IMG/VR virus record: IMGVR_UViG_3300015610_000939
Reading direction: 5' to 3' (one strand)
From: an uncultured virus (IMG/VR IMGVR_UViG_3300015610_000939)
Taxonomy: Duplodnaviria; Heunggongvirae; Uroviricota; Caudoviricetes
DNA length: 64,000 nt
In this document: one piece after another, positions 19,760-29,654 of the stretch
How the letters are laid out: each line of letters opens with the position of its first letter
How positions within the stretch are numbered: position 1 is the stretch's first letter
The notes under the pieces: model-generated
What the model saw: only the letters and a program-made list of their open reading frames with translations
What the model was told of the DNA's origin: nothing
The model's database searches: none
Position numbers and translations under genes: made by a program

Positions 19760-20776
19760 ATGGCATCTCAGGGTGAAGTAATTGAATTCATTGAACGCGC
19801 ATTTGGTCCAGGTTCTCTGTCAAATGGCGGCTTGAACATCTCCGTTGTCTGCCCTGTTTGTGCTGAGCTAAAGGATAACCTCCAAAAGAGGAAGCTTGTC
19901 ATCCGTACCGATGACTTCCTCACCCACTGCTGGGTGTGTGGGTACAGGTCGACCAACCTCTCCAATCTCCTTGCCACCTACCACCCCTTCTTCCTCCAAG
20001 AGTACAAGAAGAAGTTCAAGATCCGCGACCGCTCCCAAAGGTGCATCTTCATTGACCAATTCCGCCTTTTGGCGGAAGGCAAGAAAGAAGCCCCCAAGGA
20101 GCTAACTCCCAGCCTGACTCTTCCCAGGGGGTTCAAGCTCCTTGCTGCTAACAGCAAGGATTGGAGAGCCAAGAAGGCAATCGACTACCTCCGAAGAAGA
20201 GGTTTGGACGAAGCAGACCTGTGGCGCTGGAAGATGGGAATTACAACGGAAGCTCCAGTTGAGAAGGGGGAACAAGACTACCGTTTTCGGGTCATTGTTC
20301 CCTCCTTTGATGTCAATGGGAAGTTGAACTTCTTTAGCGCCCGTGCTTTCTTGCCGGACTGGAAGGGAGCTCCCTACTCGAATCCCCCCATGAAGCGGGA
20401 GGAGTTGGTTTTCAACGAACTCAACATCGACTGGACCAAGGAGCTCACCCTTGTTGAGGGTGTGTTCGACTTGATGAAGTGCAACGACAACGCAAGTTGC
20501 ATTCTTGGTTCCAGCTTTGATCCCTCCTATAAGCTCTTCCAGGAGATTGTCACTCACCAAACGCCGGTACTCCTTGCTCTCGATCCTGATGCCAGGAACA
20601 AGGCTCTGAAGATCGCCAAAGCCCTCCTTGAGTACGGTGTCACTGTTAGGTTCCTGGAACTACCCCCAGGGATCAAAGATGTGGGTGAATTGAAGAAGGG
20701 GGAGTTTACCCAGTATGCAGAACGTGCGAAGCTCATGACGATGGAAGACTTCTTCCAGATGAAACTGAGGGAATAA
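19760..20776 (+). CDS. DNA primase (Zn-binding + TOPRIM)
   Basis: CPVC...HCWVC; YLRRRG; LVEGVFD; LALDPDA. Confidence 0.85.
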   Translation: MASQGEVIEFIERAFGPGSLSNGGLNISVVCPVCAELKDNLQKRKLVIRTDDFLTHCWVCGYRSTNLSNLLATYHPFFLQEYKKKFKIRDRSQRCIFIDQFRLLAEGKKEAPKELTPSLTLPRGFKLLAANSKDWRAKKAIDYLRRRGLDEADLWRWKMGITTEAPVEKGEQDYRFRVIVPSFDVNGKLNFFSARAFLPDWKGAPYSNPPMKREELVFNELNIDWTKELTLVEGVFDLMKCNDNASCILGSSFDPSYKLFQEIVTHQTPVLLALDPDARNKALKIAKALLEYGVTVRFLELPPGIKDVGELKKGEFTQYAERAKLMTMEDFFQMKLRE

Positions 20777-21012
20777 TGTCGAAATGGCATACACGCAAAA
20801 TTGAGAAGGGCGAACTCGGAGAGTTGTCCAAGATTTACGAGGAGTATTTGGAGGCCCTGGATGCCGAAGAGCAGGGTCAGGTCTTGATGCTTCTCTTTGA
20901 GCTCTCCGACATCATTGGTGCTTGCGGCCTTGTTGCCGCCAAACACGGGATGAGCCTGGACGAGCTTGTGAAGTTCTCTAAGCTCAGGAGCGAGGTGGCA
21001 AGAGATGGTTGA
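20776..21012 (+). CDS. small protein, possibly MazG-like NTP pyrophosphatase fold
   Basis: KIYEEYLEALDA...ELSDIIGA pattern. Confidence 0.4.
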   Translation: MSKWHTRKIEKGELGELSKIYEEYLEALDAEEQGQVLMLLFELSDIIGACGLVAAKHGMSLDELVKFSKLRSEVARDG

Positions 21013-21423
21013 TCTTGACAAGTACGCAAAGAACGGAGTTTTCTTTCCAGATCACAAGGTTTCCATGCTGGAAGCAGACCTCTTTCGTGACATGGAAACG
21101 ATCCTGCAACTCAACGGATTCCAACTCCNNNNNNNNNNNNNNNNNNNNNNNNNNNNNNNNNNNNNNNNNNNNNNNNNNNNNNNNNNNNNNNNNNNNNNNC
21201 CTATCGGATTGTGGACGTGACGGAGAAGGATGAAGGCTACCACCTTGAAAAGAAGGACGTTGAGGTGCTCACTGAGACCTACGGGTGGATGGAAACTCAC
21301 TCTTGTTCCTACTTCGGTCATGAGCAGACAAGACGCTTTGACATTGGTGGTGGGATGACCACTATCAGCAACACCGCGATTGCCTCTCCTCGAATCCTGG
21401 TTCCTTTCCTTGAGCGCGGATAA
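21005..21423 (+). CDS. hypothetical protein spanning an assembly gap
   Basis: Open frames on both sides of the N run; the frame offset is probably a gap-size error. Confidence 0.45.
21129..21199. other. assembly gap (71 N)
   Basis: Run of n characters. Confidence 1.
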
Positions 21424-21436
21424 ACTCAGCTAGGAT

Positions 21437-21447
21437 CGTGGTATACT
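21437..21447 (+). promoter_or_regulatory. extended -10 sigma70-type promoter (TGgTATACT)
   Basis: CGTGGTATACT 25 nt upstream of the SbcD-SbcC start; the same 10-mer CGTGGTATAC occurs on the minus strand at 39235-39244. Confidence 0.55.
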
Positions 21448-21472
21448 CTCTTCTTCGAACGAGAAGTAAACC

Positions 21473-24400
21473 ATGAAAATTGCTCACATTTCCGACATTC
21501 ACTGGAGGGGACTCTCAAGGCACGAAGAGTATACACGGGCCTTTGAGTTTCTCTTTGCCAAGCTTCGTGAACTTCGCCCTGATGCAATCTTCCTTGGGGG
21601 AGATTACTTCCACACTAAGACGGCAGGCATCTCCCCGGAGGTGATCGACAAGCTGGCGTGGATGTTCAAGTCCTTTGGGAATATTGCGCCTACAAATGTG
21701 ATCCTTGGCAACCACGATGGCAACCTCGCCAATGAATCAAGGGAAGATGTCATTTCGCCCATCATCAAGGCCATTGCTCACCCAAATGTCCACCTCTTCA
21801 AGAAGAGCACAACAACGGTTTTTGACGCAAACATCAAACGTTTGCCAGTATTTGGAGTGTTTTCTTGTTTCGATAAAGAAAATTGGCCGGGGTCACCCAC
21901 GCGCTACAACCTGAATATTGCTGCCTTCCACGGCTCTGTTGGTGGATCGACCATGGACAATGGCTGGGTTATGCCGGATGCCAAGGCAGAAGTTCAGCTC
22001 TCGATGTTCGACGGCTATGACTTCGTATTCCTTGGGGACATTCACAAGCGCCAGTTCCTTGCCGAGAGACCAGATCGAAATGGCGTGTTGAAGCCCTATG
22101 TGGCCTACCCAGGTTCTCTGATTCAACAGAACTTCGGGGAGGATGAGGTCAAGGGTTTTCTTCTTTGGGATATCCGCGCCAAGGACGATTGGGACGTTGA
22201 GTTCGTGGAAGTTCCAAACTTTCAACCGTTCATCACCACAATGTGGCAGGGAACGACCCAAGAGACCATCTCTTTTCTCCTGAACACCAGGGGCAAGCTG
22301 GCAAAGGGCACCAGAGTTTTGGTTGAGCACAACACCCTGCTTTCTTCTGCTCAGAAGCGGGAGCTTGAGGGTTCTCTGATTGATGGCTACGGGGTGGAGA
22401 GTGTCTCCTACCACTCTCTCCTGAAGAACCAGTACGACTCCGTCGAAGCTGGCGGGACAATCGTCAAGAAGACTTCCTTGAGAAACAACAAGGAAGTCAT
22501 GCGTTCCCTCTATCTTCAATTCCTTGAGGGAAATACCAAGAAATTCCCTCTCACTCCAAATCAGGTTGACCTTGGCGTCTCCTTGATTGAGAAGCTCCTG
22601 GAAAGGGCAAAGGAAGTTGAGGCGGAAACCACGAGGGATGTTTCTTGGAGCCTGAAGAGCATCGAGTTTGACAACCTTTACCGTTATGGCCCAGGGAACA
22701 AGCTGGACTTCAGTGCTCTCAATGGAGTTGTGGGTGTCTTTGGTAAGAACAAGACGGGCAAGAGTTCCCTTGTTGGGGCTTTGCTCTACACACTCTTCAA
22801 TGGCTCTGATCGAGATGGAGTGACCAAGAATGGGTTGATCATGAACCAGTCCAAGAACTCCTGCCAAGCCAGGGCAGTGGTTGCTGTGGATGGAGTTGAC
22901 TACGTGATCGAACGTAGTTCCTCCCGCGTTGAACTTCCCAAAAAAGGAAAGAAGACAGCGGAGCAGTATGACCCAGAGAAGACCGAGACCAAGCTCTCCT
23001 TCTATCGCCTTGATACAGACGGCAGGACGGAACTGAACGGAATCAGCCGAGAGGACACAGACAAGGCAATCAGGAAGCTCCTGGGAAGTCCTGATGACTT
23101 CCTTTCCACTTCCGTTGCCACTCAGCGGAGAATGGAGGCTTTCATTGACGAAGGCCCTTCTGCAAGGAAGACCATTCTCAACCGCTTTCTGGACTTGGAG
23201 ATTTTCGAGCTCCTTTTCTCCTATGCCAAGGAACAGACAGCAGCCATGTCGGCAAAATTGGCTGCTATCCGATCTCTTGAACCAGAGGAGGTTGAAGAAA
23301 TTGAAAATGAGATTGCTGAACTCCAAGACTCAATTCCGGCAATTGATGCCGAATTGGCTGAGTTGCGTGCACTGAGTGCTACCCAAACAGCTTGGCTTGC
23401 CAGCAACGACACCTTCCAGATCAATCGAATGCTGACAACGGAGCGGGCTGCCCTGGAGCTCAAGAAGCAACTGCTTGAGAAGTACGCATCCCAGCGTACC
23501 TCCTTGAGTCAGAGTGTGGCGGCAACTGAGCTGCGTATTGCAGAGCTTGCTGGGAAGATCAAGACCTACGATCCCGAGGCACTGAAGGAAGGCGCTCGGA
23601 AGTTGGCCGAGCTTTCCACCAAACTCACGTCTATCTCTTCTTCCCACAAAGAGGTGTTGGACAGGCTTGAAAATCAAGAAAAGAACGTGCGGAAACTCAC
23701 GTTGGTTCCTTGCGGCGATTCCTTCCCTGACTGCCGGTACATCAAGGATGCTCATGCCGACAAGAAAGTTCTTGCTGAGACACAAGCCAAACTGAACGAA
23801 CTGGCAACCTCCTTGAAGGAGCACATGGAGGTTATCCGGGTTGAAAAGGCAGAACGGTTCGCCGAGCAGCTAGCGGAGTTTGAGCAAGCAAAGAGCAAGC
23901 TTCAACTCCTGGAGTCCAATGCCAAACTGGAGAGGTCGAAACTTCAGTCCCTCGACGAACTGGAAGCTGTTGCCCAGGAAGCCGTTGCTATGTTGACAGT
24001 CAGGGTTGACGAGCTCCAGAAAGAGCTGGACGCTTACAACATTGAAGCCATCAAGGAAATGGAGCGAAATCAACGCGAAACCAGAGCCAAGCTCACAACC
24101 CTTGAGCAGAGGAAGGGAAGTGCTATTGGAGCCCTTGCAAGAGCTCAGGTTCGTCAAGAAAATGCAGCAAAGGCCGAGGAAGAGCGAGAAATCCTTGCCA
24201 AGGAACTCAAGGTCCTGGAATCTGTTCAAGCTGCGTTCCACAGGAATGGAATCCCGGCAATCATCCTGAAGACACAGCTCCCAGCAATCAATCAAGAAAT
24301 TGAGCAACTGCTTGGAGGGTTGGTGGACTTCAGGATCACCTTCGAAACTGAACCCGGTTCCAACTCCCTTGACATCCTGATCGAGGATGGACATTCCAGG

Positions 24401-24688
24401 AGGCCCCTTGAGCTCGGTTCTGGAATGGAGAAGATGATGGCTTCCATTGCAATCCGGGTAGCCTTGGTTAACCTCTCAAACCTCCCCAAGGCTGACGTGT
24501 TCATCATTGACGAAGGGTTCAATGCCCTCGACGAAGAGCACGTTGGGAAGTGCCTGAGCCTCCTCCAGGGGCTCAAGGATCACTTCAAGACCGTTCTGGT
24601 TATCTCGCACATGCAGCGGGTCAAAGAGGCTTCTGACGCGATTGTCGAAGTCATCAACTCTGGCTCCGATTCAAGGATTGAGGTATAA
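21473..24688 (+). CDS. fused SbcD/Mre11 nuclease - SbcC/Rad50 ATPase (T4 gp47-gp46-like)
   Basis: HISDIH, GGD, GNHD, LGDIH phosphoesterase motifs; Walker A GKNKTGKS; coiled coil with CGDSFPDC; signature GSGME; Walker B IIDEGF; VISH. Confidence 0.92.
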   Translation: MKIAHISDIHWRGLSRHEEYTRAFEFLFAKLRELRPDAIFLGGDYFHTKTAGISPEVIDKLAWMFKSFGNIAPTNVILGNHDGNLANESREDVISPIIKAIAHPNVHLFKKSTTTVFDANIKRLPVFGVFSCFDKENWPGSPTRYNLNIAAFHGSVGGSTMDNGWVMPDAKAEVQLSMFDGYDFVFLGDIHKRQFLAERPDRNGVLKPYVAYPGSLIQQNFGEDEVKGFLLWDIRAKDDWDVEFVEVPNFQPFITTMWQGTTQETISFLLNTRGKLAKGTRVLVEHNTLLSSAQKRELEGSLIDGYGVESVSYHSLLKNQYDSVEAGGTIVKKTSLRNNKEVMRSLYLQFLEGNTKKFPLTPNQVDLGVSLIEKLLERAKEVEAETTRDVSWSLKSIEFDNLYRYGPGNKLDFSALNGVVGVFGKNKTGKSSLVGALLYTLFNGSDRDGVTKNGLIMNQSKNSCQARAVVAVDGVDYVIERSSSRVELPKKGKKTAEQYDPEKTETKLSFYRLDTDGRTELNGISREDTDKAIRKLLGSPDDFLSTSVATQRRMEAFIDEGPSARKTILNRFLDLEIFELLFSYAKEQTAAMSAKLAAIRSLEPEEVEEIENEIAELQDSIPAIDAELAELRALSATQTAWLASNDTFQINRMLTTERAALELKKQLLEKYASQRTSLSQSVAATELRIAELAGKIKTYDPEALKEGARKLAELSTKLTSISSSHKEVLDRLENQEKNVRKLTLVPCGDSFPDCRYIKDAHADKKVLAETQAKLNELATSLKEHMEVIRVEKAERFAEQLAEFEQAKSKLQLLESNAKLERSKLQSLDELEAVAQEAVAMLTVRVDELQKELDAYNIEAIKEMERNQRETRAKLTTLEQRKGSAIGALARAQVRQENAAKAEEEREILAKELKVLESVQAAFHRNGIPAIILKTQLPAINQEIEQLLGGLVDFRITFETEPGSNSLDILIEDGHSRRPLELGSGMEKMMASIAIRVALVNLSNLPKADVFIIDEGFNALDEEHVGKCLSLLQGLKDHFKTVLVISHMQRVKEASDAIVEVINSGSDSRIEV

Positions 24689-24700
24689 CCTCGACGCAAC

Positions 24701-25159
24701 ATGAACATCTTCCTTCTCGACACCAACCCAGTTCTCGCAGCAAGTTACCACTTTGACCGCCATGTCGTTAAAATGACGGTTGAAACAGCCCAGTTGCTCT
24801 CGAACTGTGTTGAGTATCAAGAAGGTAAGACCTACCGCCATAGCCACGCGAAGCACCCTTGCACCTTATGGGTGAAGGAGAGCCCAGTTCACTTCTGGTG
24901 GCTCTTTCACTTTGGCTTGGCTCTTGGGGAGGAGTACACCTTTCGCTATGGGAAGATCCACTCCTCTGTTGCCATCATTGAGGAATGTGGAAAGCGCATG
25001 ACCCACGCAAACGGAATTCCCTCCTACTTCGTCCAGGTGATGCCGGATGAGTGCAAGGTTCCCGGAGATACCGTTCAAGCGTACCGTAACCTCTACATGG
25101 GACCCAAGCGATCTCTCGCCAAATGGAAGAAACGAGACACTCCCTGGTGGTGGGTCTAA
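24701..25159 (+). CDS. pyrimidine-dimer DNA glycosylase (DenV-like) family protein
   Basis: MNIFLLD...DRHVVKMTVETAQLLS...HPCTLW...YGKIH...AYRNLY...W. Confidence 0.75.
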   Translation: MNIFLLDTNPVLAASYHFDRHVVKMTVETAQLLSNCVEYQEGKTYRHSHAKHPCTLWVKESPVHFWWLFHFGLALGEEYTFRYGKIHSSVAIIEECGKRMTHANGIPSYFVQVMPDECKVPGDTVQAYRNLYMGPKRSLAKWKKRDTPWWWV

Positions 25160-25168
25160 CATTCCAAC

Positions 25169-25459
25169 ATGACAACCTGGACTCCGTTTGATTCCTACCG
25201 GGAAATGAAGGTTCTCTTGGATGGAAAGATCCTTGTGATCCGCCCCTCCGACGCAGCAACCGTCGTTCCCCTCTTCTGCCCTCTCTGTGAGGTCTCAATG
25301 AAGACCGCAGACGACTCTATTGCCTACAGGAAAGCCCAGTGCTGCGAGAAGTGTTTCTTGGTCTGCAAGGGCGACAAGACGCTTCTGAAGCCAGAGCAGT
25401 GGGCAGAATACCTGGAAGAACGTCGAAACGGCCCACGTTCTCTATTTAAGCTCAAGTAA
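25169..25459 (+). CDS. small zinc-binding protein
   Basis: CPLC...CCEKC. Confidence 0.6.
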   Translation: MTTWTPFDSYREMKVLLDGKILVIRPSDAATVVPLFCPLCEVSMKTADDSIAYRKAQCCEKCFLVCKGDKTLLKPEQWAEYLEERRNGPRSLFKLK

Positions 25460-25468
25460 TAGGGAAAC

Positions 25469-25867
25469 ATGGTAGAAGACTTCAACAAGTACATGGCCCT
25501 GAGCAAGGTCCTGAACAACTCCTGGGGCACAGGCTCTCAGCTCAAGAGCCCTTCACAGTCCGTGAAGTTCCAACTGCGCGACGAGCAGGTGATGAAGGCT
25601 TCTTTGGTCATGATCGTCAACATGCCAAATAACCCAAAGACTGCTCACGAGTTCAAGCAGCGCTACAAGAACGAAGCTCTCGGGAAATTGAAGAGCGCTG
25701 TTGCCGACCTCAAAGAACGTTTTTCTGAGCAAAATGAAGGAAAAACGGTCTCTTTCAAGGTCATCGAGTCCTCGATCCAAGAGGGGGTTGAGTATCTGAC
25801 TAACGCTCAGTACACCCCAACTCTGAGAGCCTACTTCAGGCTCAACTGCCTAATTGCCGTTGAATGA
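25469..25867 (+). CDS. hypothetical protein
   Basis: 132 aa ORF with AGGG SD; CTATTTA at 25442. Confidence 0.65.
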   Translation: MVEDFNKYMALSKVLNNSWGTGSQLKSPSQSVKFQLRDEQVMKASLVMIVNMPNNPKTAHEFKQRYKNEALGKLKSAVADLKERFSEQNEGKTVSFKVIESSIQEGVEYLTNAQYTPTLRAYFRLNCLIAVE

Positions 25868-25905
25868 CCGGGAAAAGGCAAATGTTCTTCGCTAGTTAAG
25901 AACAA

Positions 25906-27639
25906 ATGCCAGTTTCTAACATTCCAGCGCCAAAAGGCAAACTCAAGCAGGAAGAGATTATCAAGTGCGGTGTTGACCCCTTGTACTTCCTCAAGCGTTA
26001 CGGGTACATCACTCACCCCAAGAGGGGTTTGATCAAGTTTACGACCTACCCATTCCAGGATGACTGCGTTCGTGACTTCGAATCCCACCGCTTCAACATC
26101 GTTCTGAAGTCCAGGCAGCTTGGACTCTCGACTATTTGCGCAGGCTACTGCTTGTGGATGGCTCTTTTCCAGAAGGAAAAGAACATCGTGGTCATTGCAA
26201 CCAAGCTCGATGTTGCAAAGAACTTCTTCAGCAAGATCATCAAGATGTACGACAACCTTCCTGATTGGTTGGTAATGACCAAGGAAGAAAGCCGTTCGGT
26301 CAAGTCGATCAAGTTCACCAATGGCTCCAGGATCTCCGCTATCCCCACCGGAGATGACGCAGGACGTGGTGAAGGTATCTCCCTTCTGATTGTCGACGAA
26401 GCTGCTCACATTCAGGGCTTTGACGACCTTTGGATGGGTCTTTACTCGACTGTCTCCACTGGAGGTAACATCATCCTCCTTTCCACCCCAAAGGGTGTTG
26501 GAAACGTCTTCCACAAGACCTGGGTTGGTTGTGACCTGGAGAAGAAAGAGAATGATTTTCATGGGATCAACCTCCCATGGACTGTCCATCCCGAGCACGA
26601 CGAAGCTTGGTTCCAGGAGCAGTGTCGTAACCTTGATGCAAGAGGTATTCAGCAGGAGCTTCTTTGCTCCTTCCTTGGATCGGGGCACACTTACATCCCT
26701 GAAGATTCCCAAGAGTACATCCAGGCGAATATCAAGGAGCCGATTGCCAAGCTCGGTTTCGACCGAAATATTTGGGTTTGGAAGTATCCTGAGACAGACC
26801 ACAAGTATGTGATCTCCGCTGACGTTGCTCGCGGAGACTCCGATGACTACTCAACTGCCCATGTGATCGACACCACGGCAGATGAAGTTGTTGCTGAGTA
26901 TCAAGGCAAGATTCCACCAGACAGGTTTGCTGAGCTCCTGATCGACCTTGGTCAGAAGTATTGCGGCGCTATGATTTGCCCGGAAAACAACTCTTTCGGC
27001 CTTGCAACCGCCTACAGACTCAGGGACCTGAAGTATCCAAACATCTACTACGAGAAGTTCGCCAAGTCCAGCGTCTACCAAACCTACTCGGAAGAAGACG
27101 TGCGGAACTTGACACCTGGAATTACCACCACAGTCAAGAACCGTCAGGCAATGCTTGCCAAGCTTGAAGAGGTGCTCCGCAATAGGCGTTTGAAGGTCTA
27201 TTCCTCCCGCCTTGCCGAGGAGCTCAAGACCTTTGTTTGGAACCCAACAACCAACAAAGCTTCCGCCATGAAGGGGTACAACGACGACCTCATCATGTCC
27301 ATCGCAATTGGTTGCTACCTCTACGAGGCAAATGAGAATCATGTTGACACCAATGCCTTGAATGCCGCCATGTTGGCTGCTTGGGGTAAAAACGTCACCC
27401 AAATGAATCCAACGGGTTATTCCAACCAACAGGTTCCAGATGGTGGAGCTCCATTGGCCTTCCAGCGTGTCAGCCACGGTTCGGCGTACAACCACCAGAA
27501 CGGCTACTACAACAAACCATTCAACCAACAGAACATGAAACCAGGAGTGTCAGCCCAGCAAGCTAGACCAGTAGTCTCGGCCTACAATGCTTACTCTTGG
27601 TTGTTCGATGGCGACCCAAAACCGAAAAAAGAAGGTTGA
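25906..27639 (+). CDS. terL: terminase large subunit (T4 gp17-like)
   Basis: YPFQ, LKSRQLGLST Walker A, LIVDEAA Walker B, LLSTPKG, ISADVARG, ENN, DDLIMS. Confidence 0.95.
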   Translation: MPVSNIPAPKGKLKQEEIIKCGVDPLYFLKRYGYITHPKRGLIKFTTYPFQDDCVRDFESHRFNIVLKSRQLGLSTICAGYCLWMALFQKEKNIVVIATKLDVAKNFFSKIIKMYDNLPDWLVMTKEESRSVKSIKFTNGSRISAIPTGDDAGRGEGISLLIVDEAAHIQGFDDLWMGLYSTVSTGGNIILLSTPKGVGNVFHKTWVGCDLEKKENDFHGINLPWTVHPEHDEAWFQEQCRNLDARGIQQELLCSFLGSGHTYIPEDSQEYIQANIKEPIAKLGFDRNIWVWKYPETDHKYVISADVARGDSDDYSTAHVIDTTADEVVAEYQGKIPPDRFAELLIDLGQKYCGAMICPENNSFGLATAYRLRDLKYPNIYYEKFAKSSVYQTYSEEDVRNLTPGITTTVKNRQAMLAKLEEVLRNRRLKVYSSRLAEELKTFVWNPTTNKASAMKGYNDDLIMSIAIGCYLYEANENHVDTNALNAAMLAAWGKNVTQMNPTGYSNQQVPDGGAPLAFQRVSHGSAYNHQNGYYNKPFNQQNMKPGVSAQQARPVVSAYNAYSWLFDGDPKPKKEG

Positions 27640-27660
27640 CACAACCCAGCTTTGTGTCAA
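27636..27660. repeat. perfect 9-bp inverted repeat TTGACACAA-N7-TTGTGTCAA
   Basis: Read directly; overlaps the terL stop codon. Confidence 0.7.
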
Positions 27661-27673
27661 AGCTCTCGGGGCT

Positions 27674-28084
27674 ATGCACAAGTTCCTCCGAGCAGCTTTC
27701 GACCTTGCAAAGGAACATACCTTTGATCCCCACCTGGATTACAACCATTGCGCGGTTATCGCCAAAGGCGGGAAGATCCTTTCCGTTGGGTACAACTACC
27801 GAGGCACGAATCCACTGACGGAGCACTACAGGACCAAGGAACATACCTGCACCGTTCACGCCGAAATTGATGCGATCGTATCGAAGCGGAAGAAGGTGCG
27901 GTTTGAGGGAGCCAAGGTCTACGTTGTCCGCATCAAGTCTGACGGAAACGTTGCAATGAGCAAGCCCTGCGAGATGTGTCAGCACGTCCTCTACAACTAC
28001 GGGATCAAGCGGGCTTACTTCTCGACCGGCGAATTCCCATTTGTCGGGAAGATGAAGATTGACAACCCAGCCAAGGTTGCGTAG
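27674..28084 (+). CDS. cytidine/deoxycytidylate deaminase family protein
   Basis: HAE...SKPCEMC zinc-deaminase motif; ILSVGYN. Confidence 0.85.
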   Translation: MHKFLRAAFDLAKEHTFDPHLDYNHCAVIAKGGKILSVGYNYRGTNPLTEHYRTKEHTCTVHAEIDAIVSKRKKVRFEGAKVYVVRIKSDGNVAMSKPCEMCQHVLYNYGIKRAYFSTGEFPFVGKMKIDNPAKVA

Positions 28085-28093
28085 ATTGGGTCC

Positions 28094-28957
28094 ATGACTC
28101 AAGAATACCAACCGATCCATGACAGAGCAGCAGGACTCCCTCGCCCACGCCATCCGGTGATCCTCTTCCGAGAAGGCGCTGGTATGATGGATGAAAACGA
28201 GCTGGCTGCCGCAAAGAAACACTTTGTGACGGTCAAGAGCCGTATGTCAGTTTCGGGGAACTCGCTGGTGATCGGCAGGTATTCGGTCCTTCCGTATTAC
28301 AGCGAACTGGAGAACGATCTTAACTCAGTTGGAGCAAAGCTCATCAACTCCTATGGGGAACACAGGTATGTTGCCGACCTCCAGAACTACGCTGCTGACC
28401 TGGATGAACTCACACCAAAGACTTGGAGCTGGAGAGACTTCCCGTATCTCCCTGACATGCCTTTGGTTGTGAAAGGGGAAACCAACAGCAAGAAGGATAA
28501 GTGGAACACCCACATGTTCGCTCCAACCAAGGCAGACGCAATTGCTGTTTACCAGCGGTTGATGGATGATTCCCTTCTGTCCCGCCAGCAAATCTACGTC
28601 CGGGAGTATGTTCCTCTCAAGAAGCTTGGTGTTGGGCTTTACGAGCAACCCATCACGGTGGAGTTCAGGTTCTTTGTGCTCCACGGAAAGGTGGTTTCCA
28701 GCGGCTTCTATTGGTCCAACCACCTGGGAGACATCCAAGAGGTTCCCTCGCCTTCCATGGTCCCCCAGGAGTTCCTGGAGGCTGCCATTGACAGGGTCAA
28801 GGACAACGTCAGCTTCTTCGTGATGGACGTTGCTCTCACAGAAAGTGGGCGTTGGATCGTCGTCGAGCTGAATGACGGTCAAATGTCAGGCTTGTCCGAG
28901 AATGACCCCAACGTTCTCTATGGGAACATGAAGAAGTTGCTCTGGACGAACCCGTAA
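28094..28957 (+). CDS. ATP-grasp domain protein (R2K/DUF4343-like)
   Basis: LVVKG, VREYV, EFRFFVLHGKVV, FFVMDVA...WIVVELNDGQMSG. Confidence 0.75.
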   Translation: MTQEYQPIHDRAAGLPRPRHPVILFREGAGMMDENELAAAKKHFVTVKSRMSVSGNSLVIGRYSVLPYYSELENDLNSVGAKLINSYGEHRYVADLQNYAADLDELTPKTWSWRDFPYLPDMPLVVKGETNSKKDKWNTHMFAPTKADAIAVYQRLMDDSLLSRQQIYVREYVPLKKLGVGLYEQPITVEFRFFVLHGKVVSSGFYWSNHLGDIQEVPSPSMVPQEFLEAAIDRVKDNVSFFVMDVALTESGRWIVVELNDGQMSGLSENDPNVLYGNMKKLLWTNP

Positions 28958-28968
28958 CTCTTTTCCCC

Positions 28969-28997
28969 TTGACTCAACTCAAGGGCAAGCTTAGACT
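28969..28997 (+). promoter_or_regulatory. sigma70-type promoter of tmRNA
   Basis: TTGACT-17 nt-TAGACT, overlapped by CTACTTA at 28996-29002. Confidence 0.65.
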
Positions 28998-29010
28998 ACT
29001 TAGCATCAAC

Positions 29011-29361
29011 GGGCCATAACTGGTTTCGACGTGGATAGCAAAGGATTGATAGCGTGACGGCAGGTGGTTGGCGCTGCCTTAAAGAAGCTGACCAAAAACA
29101 CAAGGCGCTGAAGAAGCCCTCCCTCTCGCTGCTTAATTGCACGAGACACTGCCTGAGAGCTCTGTTCGGGCGTTCAAAGCAGTGATTCAATCGAACAAGG
29201 TTCCCCGAGATGCTTGTGGTAGGGAGAACCGAGATACTACAAGAACCTCCCCCAAAGGCCCCCTTGTTGGCGTTTGGAAGGAGTACAATAGCAAGGAAGG
29301 TCACGTAGGATAGTTGATTCAGCGGTATTCGCGGACTTCGGTTCAATTCCGAAATGGTCCA
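29011..29361 (+). ncRNA. ssrA: tmRNA; tag reading frame (G)AEEALPLAA-stop at 29104-29136
   Basis: 5' GGGCCAT...GGTTTCGAC; 3' T-arm TTCGG-TTCAATT-CCGAA then ATGGTCC-A; G3:U pair; tag ends LAA-TAA; CCA not encoded. Confidence 0.92.
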
Positions 29362-29393
29362 ATTCCATCATCCCTGCTTCGAGCAGTGGTCAA

Positions 29394-29654
29394 ATGTCAC
29401 AAAATAACAGCACCACAACCTTCTACTGCGACAATAAGAGGCACTTGATCTGTGCCCCTTACTCAGTGGAGAACCTTCATAGGATGGCAGAGATCCTGGG
29501 CATCAAGAGGTGCTGGTTCCATAACTCCCCCACCAACGCCCACTACGACATTCCAAAGAGGAGAATCGCTGAGATCCAAGCCAAGTGCAAGGTGATCACA
29601 GACCGAGAACTCCTTGCTTTGATCAAAGGAAGCGAGATCGAGCCTTCGATGTGA
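29394..29654 (+). CDS. DUF4031-like small protein
   Basis: LHRMAEILGIKRCWFH...HYDIP. Confidence 0.65.
   Translation: MSQNNSTTTFYCDNKRHLICAPYSVENLHRMAEILGIKRCWFHNSPTNAHYDIPKRRIAEIQAKCKVITDRELLALIKGSEIEPSM

Noticed and set aside
21005..21423. Frameshift or pseudogene
   Set aside because: The frame change coincides with the 71-N assembly gap
25169..25867. Small terminase subunit upstream of terL
   Set aside because: Position fits but neither ORF shows recognisable gp16-like features
28996..29346. 116-aa minus-strand ORF, and the 29731 start of the ORF ending at 30087
   Set aside because: They overlap the tmRNA and tRNA respectively; the RNA genes explain the sequence
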